Assembly: GCA_000004985.1 (NCBI GenBank)
Contig: GG738853.1
Direction: 5' to 3' (one strand)
From: Naegleria gruberi
Lineage: Eukaryota
Length of the DNA stretch: 64,000 bases
Shown one piece after another: positions 57,110 to 64,000 of this stretch (position 1 is its first letter; every line of letters starts with the position of its first letter). A program made the translations under genes and the position numbers. The notes beneath the pieces were generated by a model. The model worked only from the letters and a program-made list of their open reading frames with translations, was not told where the DNA came from and did no database searches.

Positions 57110-58825
57110 TTAATCTTTCAAAGATGTAATGAAGGATGCAAATTCTGTATTGGAATTTTTCAATCTTTCGAATAAATCGGTCATGTCAATCAGACAATGT
57201 TGTTGAATTTTGTGAAATAGATTGGCAGGTGGTTTTTCAGTTAGTTGGGAAGTTATTTCAGAATTACATTGTTCAATTTTTGGAATGTTGAGCTCTAGGG
57301 GACTATTAATTGATAAGTACACTTGTAAAATGTGATTTGCAATCTTTTTTCTGTTTTTGGTTGACCTTTTGTATCTTTGAATATCTTTCCAACATTGTAA
57401 ACTCTCAGTGCAATAACTTCTTCTTGCAAAATCCAACATTATTTTAAACATCTTCTTATTTTTCAAAACTTTTTCAATATTTGATTCATTACTTTCATTG
57501 GAATTCAATTTTGTGTAATCGAAATAAATTGATCGAATTACTGGTATTGTACAACACATAAATAATTCAAAATACATGTAACCCCAAATGAAAAACCCAT
57601 AGGGAACATAATAATCTACCAATTCAGATATTACCTCAATACTTCCACATATAATAAATAATATTGCTGAGAGTAATTGAACTATGGTTACAATAAATGA
57701 TTCCTTCTTAATTCCCCACGTATCCTTATCTGCCTTAACACACAATGCAAGAAATATCAATTCCAAAATGACATAGCCAACTACCTCCAATCCAATAGTT
57801 AGAACAGTATAGAAAGTCATTGAACATCCATGTCTGAATTCAAACATACTCGATTCAACCACAAATATTCGATTGTTAGAATTGGAATTGAGTGCTTCAT
57901 CAATTCCTCCAAGAATGGCCCAAATAATAAATCCAAATATAAATGAACATAAATAAACTGTTCCCATAAATTTTGTACTGACTAGAAAATTGTAAATTTG
58001 TAATTTTCTCATTTCCTTTTTTAGAGAAGCCATATCTTTAACATCAGCAGCTGACCATGTTGTTGAAATAGTGTCATTATCTAAATCATCAGTACTGGCA
58101 CTAGATGTTCTATTAGATGAACCTCCATCAGAATGATATGATGAATTTTCAACTGGTTGTTGATGCTCATTATTTCCTTTGATAGTATTGGAAACTTCTT
58201 GTAAATTGACTCCATGTACTTGAAATGAATCCATTTTTGTAATGACAAGTTCTGCTCCACTATTTGGTGGTAAGCTTTCAATAGATTCCAATGTTAATTG
58301 TTGATCCACTAATTCATGTTTCTTTGATTCTGAATCAATTGTATTCGATTCAAATAGTTTCGTCTTGGTTAAATTAATCTTGTACATGAAGAAAGCTCTC
58401 ATAAATCTAAATATTAATGGCAATGCAATCGCCTGTGGGAATGTAAAGAAGCCAATTGTCATCAAACCACATGGAAATGTCTTGCTCGACACTATTCTCC
58501 TCAATGTCAACACAACAACAAACCAAATCGAAGCTCCCAAAGTAAAAAACAAATAAACTGGATTCCTAGCACTAACATAACTACTATTCCTCTTCCATAT
58601 TACTCCCAACAATGAAAAAACCAGTGTTATCAAATAAACTATTAGAAACGTTAATGTAATTGCGAAGGAAAAATAAGTGTCTGGACAAAGTCCATAATTT
58701 AAAGTTGCATTTGATGATTCCCTGCTCCAGGGCGTATTCATAAGTGAAGGATGACATCTACTAGCGTTTTGATTGTTATTATTGATTAATTGAAGAACAG
58801 AGAAGAGATTGTTAAATGGCGACAT
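57110..58825 (-). CDS. Seven-transmembrane protein with a C-terminal RGS domain (7TM-RGS architecture, as in plant RGS1)
   Basis: Seven hydrophobic helices (three, then a long loop, then four). The C-terminal MFKIMLDFARRSYCTESLQCWKDIQRYKRS...IANHILQVYLSINSPLELNI matches the RGS fold consensus. Confidence 0.6.
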   Translation of the reverse strand: MSPFNNLFSVLQLINNNNQNASRCHPSLMNTPWSRESSNATLNYGLCPDTYFSFAITLTFLIVYLITLVFSLLGVIWKRNSSYVSARNPVYLFFTLGASIWFVVVLTLRRIVSSKTFPCGLMTIGFFTFPQAIALPLIFRFMRAFFMYKINLTKTKLFESNTIDSESKKHELVDQQLTLESIESLPPNSGAELVITKMDSFQVHGVNLQEVSNTIKGNNEHQQPVENSSYHSDGGSSNRTSSASTDDLDNDTISTTWSAADVKDMASLKKEMRKLQIYNFLVSTKFMGTVYLCSFIFGFIIWAILGGIDEALNSNSNNRIFVVESSMFEFRHGCSMTFYTVLTIGLEVVGYVILELIFLALCVKADKDTWGIKKESFIVTIVQLLSAILFIICGSIEVISELVDYYVPYGFFIWGYMYFELFMCCTIPVIRSIYFDYTKLNSNESNESNIEKVLKNKKMFKIMLDFARRSYCTESLQCWKDIQRYKRSTKNRKKIANHILQVYLSINSPLELNIPKIEQCNSEITSQLTEKPPANLFHKIQQHCLIDMTDLFERLKNSNTEFASFITSLKD

Positions 58826-59003
58826 TTTTTTCTTGAATGAACTTGTGATGACAATTCCCTAAATGGATGACAGCTAGTCCAAATTAGTATATTTATGTCA
58901 ATTTGCCATTATAAAACATACGACAATGGTTGTAAAGATATTAATAATATATTAATATATTTACAGTTAATTTTATTGAATTGAAATTGCTTCAACTCTT
59001 GCT

Positions 59004-59228
59004 TTATTTTCCTTCATCTGAAAGAGAAGCTTTAAGTATTTCCAAATCAAGCGAACCCTTTGGAAATCTGAAAGATTTAGAGAATTGGAAATGACCATTT
59101 TCTGTTTTCTTTTCAGCACTAATTGTAATCAAATCACCAAGTGAATTTTCCTTAATCTTTACCTCAATATCTTTCTTTTCAAACACATCTCTTGGAATGT
59201 TATTAATATCAAGTGAGAGCTCATCCAT
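59004..59228 (-). pseudogene. Truncated duplicate of the small heat-shock (alpha-crystallin domain) gene at 61044
   Basis: About 255 bp (59008-59262) is roughly 97% identical to 61108-61362. The ORF stops early (…SLSDEGK*) and lacks the upstream region. Confidence 0.55.
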
Positions 59229-59615
59229 CTTGATTAATAGTTCTAATCACAAATGGAAACGGACTTTTCGTCAACCTGTATGAAAGAAATGATCAAGACT
59301 TTCAGGGGATATGGTATTAAAGAGTAAGCGATTTACAGATAAAATCTCATTGGCGAAAATCGTAGTTATCATTCGCATTGTAAAAATGGCAAAAGAAGAA
59401 CAATGAACAGTAGAATGGGATTGACCAAATATGTATTCAATACCAAAGTTGTTGTTTACAATGAGATTGTTCTAAATAGTTTCAAATATGTTTAGTATAA
59501 TTAGCAAGGTACGACTAGATTACAACAGTTTGCCTTCCTTTTTAGAGAAACAAAATAATCATCGGTTGACATTTACTTATCAAAAAAACTGAGCAAACTA
59601 TTTACCATCGTTTTT

Positions 59616-60155
59616 GTGGTCGGCATTTCTTTGTGTTGCGCCACTCTACTTGCAGCCTGTTCCTTCTTCATTGCTTCAATAGTTGTCAATTCAACTGCAG
59701 ATAAATTACAGGAAGAATTCTTCGACATTGTCAATGTTAAGATTACAGCCAAAATTGTCAATGTTTTCAATAATTGTAAAACCTATAGAAGAGAGACAGA
59801 ATGTTATCCAATTGTTCGAATGGTTGATTTCTATCCATTCCAAATAGAAAATGTTACAAACCCAAACAGCAATAACACAGTTACGAGAGCAACAACCATG
59901 GCCACATCCAATCTTTCAAAACTAAAAGTGGATGAGATTATTTCTCTCTACATTGAAGTGAATACAACACCATCCACAAGTTCTAAAATTACATGGAAGA
60001 AGGTAATGTATGAAAAACCTGGAAATCCAAAATATGATGAATATCAATACTACAAGGCCGTTTTTAGCCCACTTCTTTATATCATGCTGGCTTTATTTTG
60101 TCTTACTTTTATTTTCTTGTTTCTTCTTTTTGGTCTTATGTTTGCAAGCAGATAA
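59616..60155 (+). CDS. Non-ATG ORF with N- and C-terminal hydrophobic segments in a compositionally atypical island; doubtful gene
   Basis: GC-ending codons (gtc, ggc, gcc, ctg) atypical for this genome; NxT sites; no start codon. Confidence 0.2.
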   Translation: MVGISLCCATLLAACSFFIASIVVNSTADKLQEEFFDIVNVKITAKIVNVFNNCKTYRRETECYPIVRMVDFYPFQIENVTNPNSNNTVTRATTMATSNLSKLKVDEIISLYIEVNTTPSTSSKITWKKVMYEKPGNPKYDEYQYYKAVFSPLLYIMLALFCLTFIFLFLLFGLMFASR

Positions 60156-61043
60156 GACCATTAAATTAGAGTGTATTCGGAATCAGGGTTGGTCTTTTTT
60201 GATGAATTAAAGTCTTGATCACAATAAAGGTGATTCATTATGCATAATTACTTATCCTATAATCTAGATAATCCGAGTGTCCTATTTCATTAATTATTCC
60301 TTCTATTTCTTCTGAAATAAATTTGACAATTCCGTTGTTCAATGTTTAGATGAACTTTAACCGCCAACAATTTAACAATATTTTAACTTAAAAAAAGTCA
60401 TTGTTTCATGTTCGATCCAGCTGAAGAGCTACGAAAAATCATCCAACGACTGAACCAAAGGCTAAAAAAAGGAAACTCCATGATGTAATTAATAACCATG
60501 AATTTTTAGAACAAATGAAAGAATAATTGGGATGCACTATTGGTGAGATAATCAACTATTCCAAAAATATTAATTCTACAAGGGAATAATTTAATGACCT
60601 TTTAATAGAACTTATTTTGCATATGAAAGACCCGTCGATTAAGACTAGATGGTCAGTCGAAGAATGTATTACACGCTTAAAATCCCAATACAAAACAGAG
60701 CTAAAGACAAGGGTTGATCAAAAGGAAAAGTATAGGGATAGGGTGGATAAATTTAAAAAAACAAATCTATTGTTGATAAAGCACTATTTCAATAAACTTG
60801 ACAGAAACAGAACATTCTATGATTTCACCATCATCCAATGGTCCAAAAGTTTACTGTCTTTCCGTATAAAGGGACAATTTGGTTACAGCAGTTGGCAAAT
60901 ATTGTTAAAAGGATATCAATGAACAAGATTGAAAGCAAGTGTTTCTACTAAGGTAGTTTCAGAAATTGTGGAAATTTACGAAACCGTTGAACCAATTGAC
61001 CCAAATACGAAATTGGTTGTACAGACAATAGTTTCAGTTAATG

Positions 61044-61337
61044 TCATTCAATTGAAATTTCTTTAACTCTTTCTTTAATTTCTGGTTCATCAATTCTTGG
61101 AATTTTCACACTCAAAGTTCCTTCATCTGAAAGAGTTGCTTTAACTTTATCCAAATCAAGCGAACCCTTTGGAAATCTGAAAGATTTAGAGAATTGGAAA
61201 TGACCATTTTCTGTTTTCTTTTCAGCACTAACTGTAATCAAATCACCAAGTGAATTTTCCTTAATCTTTACCTCAATATCTTTCTTTTCAAACACATCTC
61301 TTGGAATATTATTAATATCAAGTGAGAGCTCATCCAT
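61044..61337 (-). CDS. Small heat-shock protein alpha-crystallin domain (HspG-like family)
   Basis: MDELSLDINNIPRDVFEKKDIEVKIKENSLGDLITVSAEKKTENGHFQFSKSFRFPKGSLDLDKVKATLSDEGTLSVKIPRIDEPEIKERVKEISIE matches the ACD consensus (G.F.R.F.LP...D...V.A.L.DGVL.V..PK). Confidence 0.65.
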   Translation of the reverse strand: MDELSLDINNIPRDVFEKKDIEVKIKENSLGDLITVSAEKKTENGHFQFSKSFRFPKGSLDLDKVKATLSDEGTLSVKIPRIDEPEIKERVKEISIE

Positions 61338-61950
61338 CTTGATTAATAGTTCTAATCACAGATGAAATTGGACCTCTACGTCTCAATGGCTTATCAGTAG
61401 ATGTTTCTCTCATTGAAGAACTTTCACTTGATGATGAAGATGAAGAGCTGATACTCTTTTGAGCATTATTATTCATAGAATTGAAAGAATTGGTATAATC
61501 TTCCCACCATTGATGATCATCAAAGAGGGAAGGCAACATGTTTGATCTTCTCATCATGTTATTCATTCTTCTTCTCATGGAATTGAAAGATTCATCAAAG
61601 TTAGAAAAAGGTGATGATTGAAACCATTGATTATCAAACCAATCATTCTGATATCCTTGGTTCAATCCTTTCATAACATTTTTCCAAATATTCTTCTTTG
61701 ATTTCTTCCTTGATAACTTTTTAGATTTCTCTTCTGTTTTAATATTTAATTGAGGATTTGATGAGGAAGAGTATTTACCAGATTGATCATGATCTGGTAA
61801 TGGTGTTGTTGATTGTCCCTCCTTCTCAACACGTACCTCTTCCTCTGCTGTTATAAGGGAAATATCCAAACAATAAACAATGAAGAGTACTGCAAGTAGA
61901 CTTGAAATGATTACTGTTGTTTTGAATTGTTGTTGATTAATCTTCATCAT
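61330..61950 (-). CDS. ORF with an N-terminal signal/anchor and a W/F-rich region like a sHSP N-terminal arm. Its stop overlaps the sHSP ORF start by 8 nt in another frame, so it is possibly the frameshifted 5' part of the same gene.
   Basis: MMKINQQQFKTTVIISSLLAVLFIVYCLDISL..., WFDNQWFQSSPFSNFDESF, ending RRRGPISSVIRTINQDG*. Confidence 0.4.
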   Translation of the reverse strand: MMKINQQQFKTTVIISSLLAVLFIVYCLDISLITAEEEVRVEKEGQSTTPLPDHDQSGKYSSSSNPQLNIKTEEKSKKLSRKKSKKNIWKNVMKGLNQGYQNDWFDNQWFQSSPFSNFDESFNSMRRRMNNMMRRSNMLPSLFDDHQWWEDYTNSFNSMNNNAQKSISSSSSSSSESSSMRETSTDKPLRRRGPISSVIRTINQDG

Positions 61951-62640
61951 TATGATTTTCTTTTTGAGAATTGATATTCTATGAAGCAGTTGATGATCAA
62001 TTTATTGTACTTCGGAATAAAACACGTATTATTGTTGTCTATTTTTAATACTTAACATTATGATTGGTAGGAGTAGAAAATCTCGAGTCTGGAACTTTGT
62101 TCGACAACTAAAAATAAACATTTTATTTAATTCATTTAAAAGGAAATTCTAAATTTCCCTTCCCTCCTTCTAAATTTGCTTGTTTTGTTGGATTCATTGT
62201 ATGTAGCAAGTGGTTGAGAAGGAGAGATTTGAGTGGATGAAGTTGTTGGTTTGGTTGAGAGAAGGATTTTGGTTTTCTACCCCTCTTCTTCTTGGTTGCT
62301 GTTAATCAATCCATTTGTTATTTAAATTCCGGTCTGACTTTTCCGGTCTGGTTTTTACTTCTAATTTCGGAATTAAAAATAGTCTATTTTTAATTTTTAA
62401 AATTTTATTTTTGGATGAGAGACCGGAAAATCTGGTCATTGACTCTGGCTTTTCTACTCCTACCTTATGATTATTTCTTATTCCGAAGTGAACAAAATTG
62501 GTCAATTAACAATTAAGGAATTATTAAAGTTCCGTAAGTTTTTAAATTAATTGCAGAGGAAGATACGCGGTGTTAAAATGAGAGGGTGGTAAAAACCTCC
62601 CAGCGATGGCTGTACAAAAAAACTCGGCTGATAATTAATA

Positions 62641-62671
62641 CCTGCAGTATTTTAAAAATAAATACTGCAGG
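62641..62671. repeat. Perfect hairpin cctgcagtatt-(9 nt)-aatactgcagg
   Basis: 11-bp exact inverted repeat with a GC core in AT-rich DNA. Confidence 0.6.
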
Positions 62672-62824
62672 CACCTATTATTCCATGCCGGAAGATTATG
62701 TATTATTATGTATCAAATGATTATTATTTAATACAAATTGTTTGCTTCATTATGATTAAACATTAAACTAGGTTTTATTAATAATAAATACTGTTAATTT
62801 ATTCAACAAATAGTAATATATATA

Positions 62825-62948
62825 AATAAACGTTAATATTTCAATAAACGTAAATAAACTTAAAAAGACGTTACTATTTGTAATTATTTGATATAAATAA
62901 ACGTAAATAAATGTAAATAAACGTAAATAAATGTAAATAAATGTAAAG
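62825..62948. repeat. Minisatellite, 10-bp unit AAATAAA(C/T)GT, about 5 clean and several degenerate copies
   Basis: aaataaacgt aaataaatgt aaataaacgt aaataaatgt aaataaatgt. Confidence 0.7.
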
Positions 62949-62961
62949 TCATGAAAATAGT

Positions 62962-63851
62962 TTATTTTTCTTCTGCAAAAAGCTTTTTCAATTCTTCTTT
63001 GATAGCAGCGTGTTCTATTTTATCTTGTATTTCTAGTTTCTCTCGTCTTTTAGTGATATAGGAAGATACTTTAATAGATAATGCCTCTATTTCACCGAAT
63101 TGGTTTTCTAACAATTCCATCTTTTTCTTATTTTCTGTAATAATCTTTTGATAAAATTGCATACAATACTCATAAAAACCTTCTTCTAGCTCAACTTTTC
63201 TTTTTAAAGCATCTCTTTCTTCTCTATCTGAAAGAATATCTGTTAATTCTTGTAAAAGTAATGAAGTTTCTGACATAGTATAATCGTTTTGTTCATTATC
63301 TGTCTTGATAGCTTTAACAGCTTTCTTTGATAATTCCTTCACATTAATTGCATCTACTTTTCTTTTGGTTGATGGAGATCTATTTACCAAAGTTTCGTCA
63401 CTGGTTGGAATTATGGTAGTGGTACTTGGTTTGTTAAGAAGAACTGTTGTTGGCGGGCTGCAATCAATAATAAATGACTCATTAACTTTAGAACTTTTCA
63501 TAGGAGTTCTTTCTATAATTGAAACTTGCTTATCATCATCACTTCTCCACAAATAATTACTTAAATTGCACATTCCTGAATCAATAAAGCATTCTACAGC
63601 ATCATTAATATCGCTGGAATACAAATTTCATTTGATGACTCCTTCTTATTCATTGAATCTTTTAATAAAGTTACTAGTGTTTCCGATTTAGAAAAGTGTA
63701 TTTGATTATTGATACAATTAACAATACACTTTCTAATCGATGAAGTTGTTGTTGTTGTTGTTGATGTTGTTGGGGTTGATGTTGTTGTTATTGATGAAGT
63801 TGTGTTTTGATGGTCCTGTTTTTGTTTTTTGCGTTTGGGTTGTTTAAGCAT
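62962..63851 (-). CDS. Hypothetical protein read as two overlapping ORFs (63594-63851 and 62962-63624) in different frames; poly-Thr tract and C-terminal coiled coil
   Basis: MLKQPKRKKQKQ...TTSTTTTTTSS... then ...EERDALKRKVELEEGFYEYCMQFYQKIITENKKKMELLENQFGEIEALSIKV; the 31-nt overlap implies a frame break. Confidence 0.4.
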
Positions 63852-63900
63852 TTTTTTGACCCTGCAATAAATTTTTTATTTTTACTGCAGGGTCAAAAAA
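63852..63900. repeat. Near-perfect hairpin ttttttgaccctgca-(loop)-tgcagggtcaaaaaa
   Basis: 15-bp arms with one mismatch in the extension; the core gaccctgca / tgcagggtc is related to the 62641 hairpin core cctgcag. Confidence 0.55.
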
Positions 63901-64000
63901 TACTTTGTTAGGTGAAACAGAAGTTGAAGTTGATTAATGTTATTGTTGAACTTGTTGATGTAAGTGATAATGATGGTATAGAAGTGATAGATTAAATGTT

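Noticed and set aside
60617-60922. 101-aa ORF in the atypical island between the sHSP copies
   Set aside because: Non-ATG start and non-host codon usage (ccg, tcg, cgc, agg). It is kept only as part of the island finding, not as a gene.

Overview
The window is eukaryotic nuclear DNA that looks like Dictyostelium discoideum or a close dictyostelid. It is about 77% AT, with intergenic and intron runs near 90% AT. Coding uses A/T-ending codons (aga, cca, ggt, tta) and contains long poly-Asn, poly-Gln and poly-Thr/Ser tracts. Introns are short (about 80-290 nt) with GTAAGT/GTATGT donors and (A/T)nAG acceptors. It is not a prokaryotic locus: there are no operons, CRISPR arrays, rRNA or tRNA genes.

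The window is gene-dense, with about 35 protein-coding loci on both strands. Recognisable products:
- a PPi-type phosphofructokinase
- a LIN9/ALY-type DIRP protein
- a PRKX-like AGC kinase
- succinyl-CoA:3-ketoacid CoA transferase
- a PQ-loop transporter
- a class I cyclic-nucleotide phosphodiesterase
- ATP synthase beta
- a WDR92 homolog
- a DNAJC3-like TPR plus J-domain protein
- prefoldin-2
- a twin-Cx9C protein
- aspartate aminotransferase
- RNR small subunit
- ribosomal protein L13
- an MCM8/9-type helicase
- two DUF4116-repeat paralogs
- a 7TM-RGS protein
- a very Lys/Cys-rich secreted protein
- a duplicated small heat-shock (alpha-crystallin) segment

Noteworthy points:
- a recurrent TTCCCGCCAT (E2F-like) promoter motif upstream of four genes
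- same-strand gene pairs only 4 bp apart or overlapping
- two compositionally atypical islands that may be decayed mobile DNA
- GC-cored perfect hairpins
- a 50-N assembly gap
- several single-base frame breaks inside low-complexity tracts, which suggest draft-quality sequence

Coordinates of splice junctions were derived by eye and should be treated as approximate.
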